The notes below the pieces were generated by a model, which saw only the letters and a program-made list of their open reading frames with translations, was not told where the DNA came from and did not search any database. The position numbers and the translations under genes were made by a program. Below are positions 31,201-41,662 of a stretch of 64,000 nt of DNA, in pieces (the first letter of the stretch is position 1; every line of letters begins with the position of its first letter). Source of the DNA: a virus (Duplodnaviria; Caudoviricetes); the IMG/VR virus record IMGVR_UViG_3300027374_000478, positions 1 to 64,000 of that record. One strand, 5' to 3'.

Positions 31201-31947
31201 CTAACTTTCATCAGATCTACAAAAATAATTCAGTTCTTTTTTATTTATTTTTTTCAAATCAATACCAAATCCAGAATAACCACTTGATAATAATAATTTT
31301 GCATTTTCTACATGCTGTATTCTTTGAACCGCATCCATAAACGCATTGATTTTCATGTCCCAAACATTTGACCAATTATATTTAAACCCAGACATATTTG
31401 TCATCGTAGAAATTAGTGGTAATAAATGTGATTGATATTTTTCGTTTTTACTCATCTCATATTGTTCTTTTGCTTCATCTATAAGAACAATTTTTGTTGT
31501 CTCATTCATTGCATGTTCAATATTTGGTGTCAAATTATGCATTTTACGAACGTAATTGATTACTATTTCAAATATAGAACGATCAATTAATATATCGTTT
31601 TTCTGGTCATATAAAACAATTTCATCATTTTCTTTTTTTAAAATCTTAAATAGAGTAAGATCTAAATCCCCTAATAATATTTTTGACTCATTATTTTCAA
31701 ATGTGCCACACCTTATTAAAAATAATTCATAATCAGATATACTATTCCAATCGATATCAGCCAACGACAATTGATATTTTAAATCAGTAGGAGTTGCTGT
31801 AATACTATAAACAAAAGAAAAATATTTCTGTTCTCCGAAATTACATATTTCTCCAAGCGTAGGTTGATGGATTCGTATTTTATCATTAACGATAAAATCC
31901 TCTCCCCGATATATTTGTAATTCATCATTTTTAGTAATCACTGCCAT
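31201..31947 (-). CDS. Conserved SPbeta-like virion/assembly protein
   Basis: IHQPTLGEI motif, synteny. Confidence 0.55.
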   Translation of the reverse strand: MAVITKNDELQIYRGEDFIVNDKIRIHQPTLGEICNFGEQKYFSFVYSITATPTDLKYQLSLADIDWNSISDYELFLIRCGTFENNESKILLGDLDLTLFKILKKENDEIVLYDQKNDILIDRSIFEIVINYVRKMHNLTPNIEHAMNETTKIVLIDEAKEQYEMSKNEKYQSHLLPLISTMTNMSGFKYNWSNVWDMKINAFMDAVQRIQHVENAKLLLSSGYSGFGIDLKKINKKELNYFCRSDES

Positions 31948-31953
31948 ATTGTA

Positions 31954-32442
31954 TTAATTACAAAAAGAGTCATTTACATCAATTGTTTCAAAAAGTAAAC
32001 GTCGATATAAATAATCTTTATTGTAAGTTCCCTCAGTATTTAGCGTTAATTTCAATGTACCAATACCACCATACTCTGTAGAACCATTAAACATTTCATC
32101 AATCAACATAGAAATATAGTCACAACGATTATCTTTGGTGATTTTTCTATCCATTTTCATATGTCCATAATGGCAATAAATCCAAAACTCAAGAGAAGGG
32201 TTAATAAAATACGCATTTGTGTCCCAGTTATTTTTTCTCTGAGTGTGTACCATAATTGTCATATATGTTGCTACGTTTATGACAGTATCCGGAACCTTGT
32301 TAAAAGTAAAAATATGTGTATTTTCTAAATCCCCTCCATTTTCACATTCCTTTGCATCAAAAGCATAAAAAATTGTATCGTCATGTGTTATCGCATTCAT
32401 GACATTTTTTTTAAACTCAGAAATACTTGTGCTGTTCGCTAT
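31954..32442 (-). CDS. Putative tail terminator
   Basis: NRCDYIS..IDEMFNG..GIG.L motif; ATA start at 32442 behind GGAGGTG. Confidence 0.55.
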   Translation of the reverse strand: MANSTSISEFKKNVMNAITHDDTIFYAFDAKECENGGDLENTHIFTFNKVPDTVINVATYMTIMVHTQRKNNWDTNAYFINPSLEFWIYCHYGHMKMDRKITKDNRCDYISMLIDEMFNGSTEYGGIGTLKLTLNTEGTYNKDYLYRRLLFETIDVNDSFCN

Positions 32443-32457
32443 TTTTAATCACCTCCG

Positions 32458-33492
32458 CTATTCGACTATATTTACTTTAATTTCTGATAGTACAGTTTCG
32501 CCAGTACAGACAGATACAAAAAAAGAACCCCCAATAAGGTTCTCGTCATTAATGGAAACGGTTATTTTATTATCTGTAGCAGTCTGTTTAACATCAAAAT
32601 CAGAAACTACTTTCCATTTATAATCAACATTCTGCCAGTCAACATCATTTCCATCTTCATCTGTAAAAGTAACAGTATATGTACGACTGTACCCATTCTT
32701 CAAGTTGATATTTCCAGTGATCACACACCTTAAATCTGTCGTTTCATTGGGTTCTGATGGAGTTGGTGGGAGAGGAGTGTGAGAATTATTATAATTGCAA
32801 ATCCATACTTCTTGTCCATTCTCCATAGTAACTTTTTTATCATCGTTTGGATTAAATGCATCAAATGACATAGTTACAATCATCGTGCCACCACGACCAA
32901 AATATTGATTATCACTCAGTTTAACTTTTCTATTAGTGAGTTTATAAATATCTGGTTGTTCACTATCATCAAAGTCCATAGGGAAACGCATATCACGTTT
33001 TAGTTTTTTGGTTTCATCATCTACAGGAATAGTTAATCCATATTGGTTATCTCCAACAGTAATAGTGTTGTTTCCTGTAACGCCATTTGAATATTTTGTA
33101 AAATCTTCTGCATAAACGTAGCGTTCAATAATTTTACCATCTAAATTCTGCCATCTGAGAGGAACAGTGCAAAGATACATATAACCAGAATGATATGTTT
33201 TATCATCAGTATCAACCAAAGTAACAAGCCATATCTGATTATTCCACTCAATATAATCGCCAAGATTAAACGGCTCAGAAGGTCTTGATTTTATCTTTTT
33301 CTTAAATGTATTATTATCTGTATCTTTAATAATCAATAGTTCAAATGGTTCACCATTTCTTTTTACAACATGATAATCAATCGTATCATCAAAACACTCA
33401 TCTACATGACGGTTTAATAAATACAAATCAGTTTCTTGTCTGCTTTTTGATTTATATGTATTATTGATTTTTTGGAAGTAACTAATATCCAT
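32458..33492 (-). CDS. Putative head-closure protein with C-terminal Ig-like domain
   Basis: GDYIEWNNQIWLV...C..LRWQ; Pro-rich linker then beta domain. Confidence 0.55.
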   Translation of the reverse strand: MDISYFQKINNTYKSKSRQETDLYLLNRHVDECFDDTIDYHVVKRNGEPFELLIIKDTDNNTFKKKIKSRPSEPFNLGDYIEWNNQIWLVTLVDTDDKTYHSGYMYLCTVPLRWQNLDGKIIERYVYAEDFTKYSNGVTGNNTITVGDNQYGLTIPVDDETKKLKRDMRFPMDFDDSEQPDIYKLTNRKVKLSDNQYFGRGGTMIVTMSFDAFNPNDDKKVTMENGQEVWICNYNNSHTPLPPTPSEPNETTDLRCVITGNINLKNGYSRTYTVTFTDEDGNDVDWQNVDYKWKVVSDFDVKQTATDNKITVSINDENLIGGSFFVSVCTGETVLSEIKVNIVE

Positions 33493-33506
33493 ATCCAGTT
33501 ACCTCC

Positions 33507-34001
33507 TTAGTCATCGTATTGGCTGTAATTGATTGTTTTCCGCTTACCAGTTTTTCTATCTGTAGAAATATATCTTGATATATCGTTTCTGTTTTCTGCT
33601 TTAATTCTCGCCAACATATTTTCAAATGAGGCACGTTCATTAGCAGGAGAGAATTGGTTAAGATCAGATGGAGTCATACGAATTTTAAATGCTTTCAAAA
33701 GTGCTTCATCTCTTTCAAAATACACTTCATACATAAGCGAAGCCAACAATCCAATTTCCCGTTGCGTCAACTCGAAACGAAACATTTCTAACTCATCATC
33801 ATAATTATAAAAATCAACATCTGGCTCACATTTAGAAACCAATAAATCAATTGCATCATATAAATAACCTGTTGCCTGTTCCATTACAAGAGATTGTACT
33901 TCTGAAACAGACACATTATAATATGAAAAGAAATCTTTATCTTTTTCAATTTTTCTAAGTAATCTTGATATTACTTTTTCAAAAGAAGTTGTCTGTCCCA
34001 A
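33507..34001 (-). CDS. Putative head-tail adaptor
   Basis: TSFEKV...F.FELT..EI.LLA; synteny. Confidence 0.55.
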   Translation of the reverse strand: MGQTTSFEKVISRLLRKIEKDKDFFSYYNVSVSEVQSLVMEQATGYLYDAIDLLVSKCEPDVDFYNYDDELEMFRFELTQREIGLLASLMYEVYFERDEALLKAFKIRMTPSDLNQFSPANERASFENMLARIKAENRNDISRYISTDRKTGKRKTINYSQYDD

Positions 34002-34031
34002 TTACAATACCTCCTCTAAGTCGTAGACTTT

Positions 34032-34730
34032 TTAGGTCTTCCAGCTTTTTTTCTTTGGGGGTGTAGAATCGGCAACAGCGTCTTCCTTAATCGTATTTTC
34101 AGATGTGATTGAAGTAGAAGTATTCTGCATGGACATCATCTGTTCCATCATCTTTTTCATTTCATCCAACTGATTCTGCAAAGCTGCATTCTGAGCAGAC
34201 AGTTCCTTGACCTCATCAGGTGTAGCATAAGCCTTATTAGTATCTTTCTTGGTAAGAACAATAGAACTCTTACGCTGTCTATTGCGAAGCTCATCATATC
34301 TCTGTTCAACAATTCTGCTTACTTTAGTAGTAATGTCAACACCTTGTTTCATCAGTTTGAACATTATAATACGGACTCTATCAAAATAAGTCTGATTTTC
34401 AATATTTATAATTTTCTGTAATCCTTCCATAGTAGGATTTGTCAAAATATCAGCAATATCTTCATTAGAAAGAATATCCTGCCAATTTGCAATACGAAGT
34501 TCCTTAAATACTTCTTCTTTTACATCTTCATCAAAAGTTAGCCATCCAGTCACAATAATATCTGTATTACTACAAATATTCTGCAATTCGCTTAAACTAA
34601 TAGGGATCACAGATGGTGTTTTACCGTCCCTAGAAGCGTTGAATTTATAGTGTTCTTTTGAACTGTCTACAAATACTTCATTTTCGTTATAATTCAAAAC
34701 ATTGATATTCTGTGTATCAATTTTAGACAT
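34032..34730 (-). CDS. Conserved phage protein downstream of capsid
   Basis: AAGGAGG RBS before MSKIDTQ; ORF-track start is probably too far upstream. Confidence 0.55.
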   Translation of the reverse strand: MSKIDTQNINVLNYNENEVFVDSSKEHYKFNASRDGKTPSVIPISLSELQNICSNTDIIVTGWLTFDEDVKEEVFKELRIANWQDILSNEDIADILTNPTMEGLQKIINIENQTYFDRVRIIMFKLMKQGVDITTKVSRIVEQRYDELRNRQRKSSIVLTKKDTNKAYATPDEVKELSAQNAALQNQLDEMKKMMEQMMSMQNTSTSITSENTIKEDAVADSTPPKKKSWKT

Positions 34731-34908
34731 ATTTCCGATACCTCCTTTATAATTAGTGCGAGTTGGACATATGCCCAAAACCAACCCACGGTATCCCATT
34801 TATATAAAATCAGGAAGAGGGCAGTGGGTATCTGCTTTTCGTGAGCGACACTATCTTCCTGATTTTAAGCATAAAAATAGACAGTGTCTTTTCTAATATC
34901 CAAAAGGA

Positions 34909-35904
34909 TTAATTAGTAAGAACCATCTTGTTACAATTTTCGATATTGGTAATACCAACAGAATAAGTAAAGTCCTTAACTCTGATGATAACCTTCTCAT
35001 TAGAGTTGTCTAAATCTTCATATGTATGAAGTTCACCTTTCATATCCAGACCGCCAATTTTACCAGCCACACCGAAGATACGAAGGTCAGGTAACATAAG
35101 CTGACCCTTGCCAGTTTTCTTTGCACCAGAGATGGAAGCAATACGAACGCCATCAATGAAGTCTACAAGACCATAACGGTTAAATCTATCCTTCATATCA
35201 TTGCTCATATACTGCGTACGACCATCCATTCTACCAAGAGCCTGTGCATATTTGCTAAGACAAACAGCTACAGCAGCAGGATCTCTATCAAGCAAATACA
35301 AATTAAATGCATCCATGGCAGTCTGAGTAGGAACCTTACCACCGGCTGTTACTAACTGCTCACCACCTACAATTGCATTGTCAATCATAGAAAATACATC
35401 ATAGAAGAGTGCGTTCTGCAATGCTTCCTTTGCATAAGTGGTAAGAGTGGCAACAGACTTAAATCCGTTCTTTCTCAGATCCACATAGGAAAGGTCTGTT
35501 TCAATCTGACGGTTTCTCACAATAGGATTAACTGCTGTGAAGTCAATGTAACTTCTATCTACAGTACCGCCCTTTGCGGCTTCGTGCGCTTCAAGTGTAT
35601 TCTTTGGAGTCTTGGTGAATTCCTCATCATCAAACTCTCCGATAGAACCCCTGTCAAACATGGAATCAAGCAGTTCGTCAGGAGCATTGTAAATCTCCTC
35701 ATTAACTACCTTATTAACAAAGGCTGCGATTTCTTTTTTCTCATCGCAGCCCGTTTTTCCGATTTCTTTGCACCATGCATCAGAAATTTCATAAATTTCC
35801 TTTTCCTCTGTACTAAGATTTCTCTTATATTCTACTTTTTCAGCAACGTCATACATAACGCCTGGCTTTTCCATAAGTTCAGCAACTTCAATTTTTAAAG
35901 ACAT
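34909..35904 (-). CDS. Major capsid protein
   Basis: 331 aa after protease/decoration genes; SPbeta-like gene order. Confidence 0.75.
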   Translation of the reverse strand: MSLKIEVAELMEKPGVMYDVAEKVEYKRNLSTEEKEIYEISDAWCKEIGKTGCDEKKEIAAFVNKVVNEEIYNAPDELLDSMFDRGSIGEFDDEEFTKTPKNTLEAHEAAKGGTVDRSYIDFTAVNPIVRNRQIETDLSYVDLRKNGFKSVATLTTYAKEALQNALFYDVFSMIDNAIVGGEQLVTAGGKVPTQTAMDAFNLYLLDRDPAAVAVCLSKYAQALGRMDGRTQYMSNDMKDRFNRYGLVDFIDGVRIASISGAKKTGKGQLMLPDLRIFGVAGKIGGLDMKGELHTYEDLDNSNEKVIIRVKDFTYSVGITNIENCNKMVLTN

Positions 35905-35938
35905 ATATATGTTCTCCTTTCAAATCTTCTGTTTATTA

Positions 35939-36406
35939 TTAAGAATTAGCAACTGCTGTATCAGAAACCTCGATTACAGCCAGCTTGTGACCATTATCAG
36001 TCCAGAAACCCTTAAACACATATCTGGATGCCGCCGTTGCTTTAGCCAATTTACCATCGGTTCCTGCTGCAACACGAACACCTTCTGTAAGTCCAGTTTC
36101 GGTATACTGGTCAGTTGCAAATCTTTCCCCAGGATAATAAGCAATTAGCTTCCCAAATTCATTTCCCTTAAGTGTTACAAAATCCTCATCATAATCGGAC
36201 ATATCACCTCTTGCGGCATTAATACCACTAGGAACACGTTCCTTATCTACGAAAAATACATCTGTTGCAGTAGCGGCAGATGCAAACTCAAAAGTCTTGT
36301 TCGTCTCATTCTTAACAACCGCCATACCAGTTACAATTTTCTCTTCACCAGCCTTATACATAGAATTCGCTGGCTTGTCTTTAGTTACCTGTAATTCTCT
36401 AAGCAT
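35939..36406 (-). CDS. Capsid decoration protein-like
   Basis: 155 aa, Ala/Gly-rich beta protein between scaffold and capsid. Confidence 0.55.
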   Translation of the reverse strand: MLRELQVTKDKPANSMYKAGEEKIVTGMAVVKNETNKTFEFASAATATDVFFVDKERVPSGINAARGDMSDYDEDFVTLKGNEFGKLIAYYPGERFATDQYTETGLTEGVRVAAGTDGKLAKATAASRYVFKGFWTDNGHKLAVIEVSDTAVANS

Positions 36407-36420
36407 ATAAAATATCCTCC

Positions 36421-37977
36421 TTATTTCCTTAAAAAGTTTCTCATAATAGATGCACCGTCCACGACTTCATCTTCGGTGTTTAAATTTGAAGCTACATGAA
36501 CATCATTTTTTGTTTCAGAAGTTTCGACCTCTGTTTCATTTTTCTTATCTACGGATGCAGACAATCTCTCACCGACAATAGCCATAAGAGATTTCTTATC
36601 CAGATTTTCAACATATCCAGAAAACTCTTCTGATTTTTCAATTTCTTCTCTTGTAATCTGACCAGACTTAACAACAGAAGCAATCAAATCTTCCTTCTTC
36701 TGCGCCAATTCAGCAGCCACTTTTTCCTGTTCCATCTGTGTGAATTTTTCTTTGTACTGAGACAGTTCAGTGTTCTCAGATTTAAGAGAAGTGATTTCAG
36801 AACTTGCCTTTACAATCAGATCATCTTTTTCTGCAATCGTCTTTTCGTATTCAGAAACAGTAGTGTTAATATCCTTAACAGATACAGTCAAAGATACTTT
36901 CTCTGGCTCAGATACAGTTACCACATCATTTTCAACTGTATATGTAAATTTGAGATAATCTAATTCAGACTCACCATCGTACTCACACCATACTTCATGT
37001 TCCTCTGGGAACAAATATGCGACCCAACACCAGTCATCATATTTATCTCTACATGCTTTTGAAATTCGTACCCTTAAATCATAAGAAGTAAGCGCAGACG
37101 TTTCAGTAGATGCGCTATCATCAGTTACATCCTTTTTATCTTCTTTAACTTCTGCTTCAGCAGTATCGCTTTCAACATTAGTATCAGTTGCGGCATCAGA
37201 TACGTTTTCGGTATTTGTTGATACTTCTTCCGCACTATTGTCAGAAGATAAAACAGTATTTTTGTCTTTCTTCAAACTATTTTCCTCCTTTTCGGGTTCA
37301 TTGTTTATGTCAAAAGTTCCTGTTTGATTTTCAGATAAATCAAGACTTAGAGCTTCTGCAACCAGTAATTCATCTTCACTAAGAGAAGATAGTGATATTG
37401 CTTTTGATGTGCCATTATAAGCAGGGGTAGTGGTGCTACCCAAGAAAGTATTAGCCAAGAAAGCATAATCTTTAAGAATTTTTACACCTGTTTTATACTC
37501 ATATTCAGAAGTAGAAATCTCCCAACTTGAATTTAAGCCACCATCAGATTCATATAATCTTTTGACAGCAGCAATCATATTAGAGTTTCTTTTCCATATA
37601 CGACATTTAGCAAATAGGCATGGAAGAGTTTTAGTGTCACCAGAAACAGTGGTCACGGTATCATCTTTAATTTCAATAGAAATATGTGTGCCGATGCTCT
37701 CAGTGAGAAATTCTACTTCTCCATTTGGAAGAACGTGCATTTCGTGACTTCCAAGGTCATCCATGTTATTTATTTTTCTATACTTTGCTTGCACTGGCAT
37801 ATTAATAAGAGTCTTAGCGTTTTCTAAGGCAGACTCTTCAAAACCTTTATATGGGAGCATTACATTATTCAAGTTTTTATCATCGTAGTAGCAAAGCCTG
37901 TTAGTAATCTCCAAATATAAATCGTTCTCAGCAATATCAATGGCTTTAGATGAAAAACATATTTTTTCAAATTCCAT
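36421..37977 (-). CDS. Prohead protease / scaffold fusion
   Basis: PVQAKY..DLGSHE, IWKR, SSWEI, LG...PAY followed by acidic coiled coil. Confidence 0.7.
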   Translation of the reverse strand: MEFEKICFSSKAIDIAENDLYLEITNRLCYYDDKNLNNVMLPYKGFEESALENAKTLINMPVQAKYRKINNMDDLGSHEMHVLPNGEVEFLTESIGTHISIEIKDDTVTTVSGDTKTLPCLFAKCRIWKRNSNMIAAVKRLYESDGGLNSSWEISTSEYEYKTGVKILKDYAFLANTFLGSTTTPAYNGTSKAISLSSLSEDELLVAEALSLDLSENQTGTFDINNEPEKEENSLKKDKNTVLSSDNSAEEVSTNTENVSDAATDTNVESDTAEAEVKEDKKDVTDDSASTETSALTSYDLRVRISKACRDKYDDWCWVAYLFPEEHEVWCEYDGESELDYLKFTYTVENDVVTVSEPEKVSLTVSVKDINTTVSEYEKTIAEKDDLIVKASSEITSLKSENTELSQYKEKFTQMEQEKVAAELAQKKEDLIASVVKSGQITREEIEKSEEFSGYVENLDKKSLMAIVGERLSASVDKKNETEVETSETKNDVHVASNLNTEDEVVDGASIMRNFLRK

Positions 37978-38147
37978 TAATCACATTCCTCGCTTTCAAC
38001 GATTCCTAATTCAATTCCCGTTTTCTGAAATAATTCATTTTGGGAAATCTTATTTTTATCCAATAAAAAGGCAGTAGCATTACCACTACCATCAATAGAT
38101 ATTTTTATTTGTTTGCCACAACAGGGGCAATTAACTGTATAATCCAC
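37977..38147 (-). CDS. Small CPCC zinc-finger protein
   Basis: 56 aa (MDYTVNCPCCGKQI...), AGGAGG RBS; below ORF-track cutoff. Confidence 0.5.
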   Translation of the reverse strand: MDYTVNCPCCGKQIKISIDGSGNATAFLLDKNKISQNELFQKTGIELGIVESEECD

Positions 38148-38149
38148 TA

Positions 38150-39796
38150 TTACAATGCCTCCTGTCTGGTCTTATCATATTGTTGCTTGACTTTATTGTT
38201 AGAATCAGCAGGGCGACCACCCTTATTATCTTCTGGATTCCGTTTCTCAGAATTAGTGTACTGACTTCCATGAGGCTTAAATATTTCATCATATTTTTTC
38301 TCATTTTCCATTGTACGTTTCTGTACTTCGTCATTGATATCCAATCCAAGAATTTCAAAAGCAGTAGCATAGGAACAGTTCATTGTACTGAATAGAAGAG
38401 TAGCCAATGAATGTTTTAATTCCGCTTCTAACTGTTCTGTATCAATAACATTTACATCAGGCGTATAATCTAATGGATATCCATTATCCAAAATAATCTG
38501 ACGATACCACTTCTTCAAAATGTCTTCTAATTGTTCAGATATTGCGTTGATTGTACGCATAAGCTGTGTCACAGAAATAGAAGCAGTAGAAACAGACTGT
38601 GATCCGCTGTCCATCAAAAATTGTATTCCAAGAGTAGACAACACCTTTGAACGATAAATATTATAAGTGTCCTTAGAAGTCATCTCCACTTTTGGTTCTA
38701 CATAAGAAATCTCCTCAACGGTAGGAGGAGAAGTAACAACGACTGTATTCTGCTTAAAAGCATCCATAAAGTTAGAGTGTGCATAACTTACTTCTGGGAA
38801 GAAATCTTTATTGTAGTCCTGTCCCATAGTTTCTTTGCGCATTTTCTGATGAATAATCTTTTTGGCTTTTGCCTTACTATTTATCCTGTCTGAATCCGCA
38901 AAAGTATCAAGCATACTCAAATCTGTATATGCTCTTAAAATAGGAGAAACACCATATTTACGGTTAAGATTATTGATACGGATAATGCCGGTGTATTTAT
39001 GGTCTAAAACAGCATAGTCCTCTTTATTAATGAACGCTTCATAGACTTCTTTTGGATAACTGTTCTTTACTTCTTCTTCCATATTTTCAAACATCAAAGG
39101 CTTTTTCTTCTTGGTTTTCCGATATACCTTTTGAAGTCTTTTGCGTAATTCTTTAATATTAAACCATATTACAGGCTCTCCGTTTATCATTGTCTCTGTG
39201 ATTTCACAAACACCCAATGGGTAAATATCTACGGTATAATTATCTTTATCCTCGTGACGCAAATAAGAAATCCAGTTACCCTCAACATAAGAAGTGGTGA
39301 TTGCGTTTCTGGTCAACTGCTGTACTTTGATAGCACTATTAAAACCCTTAATAAACCGTTTACATTCATCTAACTTTTTTTTCTTATTTCTTCCTTCATC
39401 AACATTTCCGTATGTAAGTTTAATCTCTGTATTGATATTTGTATCAATTGATTCTACCGTCTTTCCAACAATATCATTTTTGTTAATGAGTTTTCTATTA
39501 TAGGCATTTATCCTTAAAACCTTATTCAAATCATTCTGTGTATTAGTGGAAAGTTCTTCGATTTCCTCAACAGATATTGATTTAGATGGTGATATACCTT
39601 CATTAAGATATACAGAATACTTTTTGTTCTCTGGGTCATACTGGCTTAATGCAAGCTGGAGTTTCTGGTCACGAATTGATAATGGGGTAGTAGCAACTAC
39701 TGTACCATCATCTGTTTTAGAAACAAAGATAACATCAAAATCTTCATTAGATTGTTCCTGAATATTATCTGTTTCAGATTTCATTTCTTCTGACAT
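38150..39796 (-). CDS. Portal protein
   Basis: 548 aa after terminase; YGVSPI, C-terminal GGRP motif. Confidence 0.78.
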   Translation of the reverse strand: MSEEMKSETDNIQEQSNEDFDVIFVSKTDDGTVVATTPLSIRDQKLQLALSQYDPENKKYSVYLNEGISPSKSISVEEIEELSTNTQNDLNKVLRINAYNRKLINKNDIVGKTVESIDTNINTEIKLTYGNVDEGRNKKKKLDECKRFIKGFNSAIKVQQLTRNAITTSYVEGNWISYLRHEDKDNYTVDIYPLGVCEITETMINGEPVIWFNIKELRKRLQKVYRKTKKKKPLMFENMEEEVKNSYPKEVYEAFINKEDYAVLDHKYTGIIRINNLNRKYGVSPILRAYTDLSMLDTFADSDRINSKAKAKKIIHQKMRKETMGQDYNKDFFPEVSYAHSNFMDAFKQNTVVVTSPPTVEEISYVEPKVEMTSKDTYNIYRSKVLSTLGIQFLMDSGSQSVSTASISVTQLMRTINAISEQLEDILKKWYRQIILDNGYPLDYTPDVNVIDTEQLEAELKHSLATLLFSTMNCSYATAFEILGLDINDEVQKRTMENEKKYDEIFKPHGSQYTNSEKRNPEDNKGGRPADSNNKVKQQYDKTRQEAL

Positions 39797-39817
39797 TCTC
39801 GTTTATCACCATCCTTT

Positions 39818-41662
39818 CTAAAAATCTATACTTGACGCAAATGTTGGAGCAGAAGAGTAATTTACTTTTGGTTTATCTGTCGTAACAGTTTGTCCACGCC
39901 TTAAATCATACAAATAATGTGCCAACATGATGACAGTATAAAAACGGTCATCATGCATTTTTGATTCTTTGTCTTTTGCTAAAGCATAACTTTTTGAGGT
40001 TTTTTCTGCATTTTCATACTTGTATATAGAAGTAATCTCACTTTTCATCAAATCTATATTGGCTAATGTAAGAATTTCTTCATCTGACAACTGATAGTTT
40101 TCAATTGTTTCAGTATCATCATCCTCTTTTTTGGCCATAGCAATAAATTCCTGCTTAAACTCATATGGGAATTTAATTACGCCTAAATTCATTAATTCTA
40201 TGAATTCATCAACCATCTGAGTCCTATATTTTTTGGGGTTAATAAGCCTTAATTTATCTATTGCATTGGGATAAAGCTGTTCATAACCTTTGTATATTTC
40301 ATGCGATTTATCAATTAACCCACGGTGCTTTCTGCCATCACGCCCCACCCAATCATTTAATAAACCATCTGCATAAGTAGAGGTTCCGCCTCCACCTGCA
40401 CCTTGATCAATCAAAAGAATATCTATGTTCTGATAATCATTGTGCATACCATTATATATGTCAAGATAATTTCTGATTTCTTCCAACTGTCTGTTAGAAT
40501 CTAATTTATATCCTTTCTTGCTTGTTTGGTCTACAAAGTTTACACAGTTTACAATTTCGCCCATGTACCCATAATTTTTATCATTGATAATATTCATAGC
40601 ACTTAAAATAGAATTATCAAGTGTACGAGCAGGATCTAATGCTAAAGCAATTCTTGTATTTGGTTTATAACATAGCTGTGGAAGATAGAATGATTCATTC
40701 CTACGAATGGTTCCCCATTTTACAATCTGATTTACACCGCCATCACGAGTAGGCTGGTTGTAATATTCACGAAGAGCCTTTTCACGATTTGCTTTCATTG
40801 CTGCATCAACTTTATCTTGCGTAAGAAGGGCAGTATATGGCTTTCCCTCCATAAAAGTTTTTATTGCGGTATCACAAATCATATCTACCACTATGTAATC
40901 TCTATCTCCGGCAATCATCTTTTTGGTAAAGTTCTTATAATGCTGATAGAAGATTTTGCTCATATCGTCCTGTGAAGAAGCATATACAAGCTGAGTAGGA
41001 CATTTTCTTTTTAATGTCTCTGGGTTAAAATCCTTTGCAACAGAAGTTTTAAATTCTGTATTCTGGGTAGCAAATGCTTCACAGACGGCAATTAATTCAT
41101 CAGATGAGAACGCTGCCTCATCAAAGAAAACTAAAGTAGCACGTCTACTTCTGTTATTATCAGGATTTCCGTTAAGGGTAAAAATTTCACTACCATTATA
41201 AAACTCAACATGAAATCCAGATTGAGCATGACCAAAACCTGTTTTATTATTTCCAGATTTTTTTGTTTCCTTTTCAACAATATCTTTTAATGAATCAATT
41301 GAAGCTGCCGTTTTTCCAATCCGTAATACAATTTCTTCAATTTTAGAGAATGTTTCTTTTGACTGATCACCGACAGAAGATACAATATAAATGGCTTGAT
41401 TCTCATATAAGATTGCCTTCAAAATCATAAATATTGCGCCTAAGAAAGATTTGCCAAAGTTACGGCTACAACACCATAAAACGTGAGGCTTATTCCAACT
41501 GGCTTGCAATATATATTTTTGACTATCTATGAGCTTTATACCCAACAGTTCTTCACAGGCGATACATGGATTTCTGCGATAAAACGCAATGCTTTCAGAA
41601 TCTAATTCACAGATACGTTTTTTCCTTTCGGACATTAATTTATAATACGCCATCTTCAGCAC
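39818..41662 (-). CDS. Terminase large subunit
   Basis: Walker A SRNFGKS, Walker B FFDEAAF, nuclease LDPAR and HDDRFY. Confidence 0.9.
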   Translation of the reverse strand: MLKMAYYKLMSERKKRICELDSESIAFYRRNPCIACEELLGIKLIDSQKYILQASWNKPHVLWCCSRNFGKSFLGAIFMILKAILYENQAIYIVSSVGDQSKETFSKIEEIVLRIGKTAASIDSLKDIVEKETKKSGNNKTGFGHAQSGFHVEFYNGSEIFTLNGNPDNNRSRRATLVFFDEAAFSSDELIAVCEAFATQNTEFKTSVAKDFNPETLKRKCPTQLVYASSQDDMSKIFYQHYKNFTKKMIAGDRDYIVVDMICDTAIKTFMEGKPYTALLTQDKVDAAMKANREKALREYYNQPTRDGGVNQIVKWGTIRRNESFYLPQLCYKPNTRIALALDPARTLDNSILSAMNIINDKNYGYMGEIVNCVNFVDQTSKKGYKLDSNRQLEEIRNYLDIYNGMHNDYQNIDILLIDQGAGGGGTSTYADGLLNDWVGRDGRKHRGLIDKSHEIYKGYEQLYPNAIDKLRLINPKKYRTQMVDEFIELMNLGVIKFPYEFKQEFIAMAKKEDDDTETIENYQLSDEEILTLANIDLMKSEITSIYKYENAEKTSKSYALAKDKESKMHDDRFYTVIMLAHYLYDLRRGQTVTTDKPKVNYSSAPTFASSIDF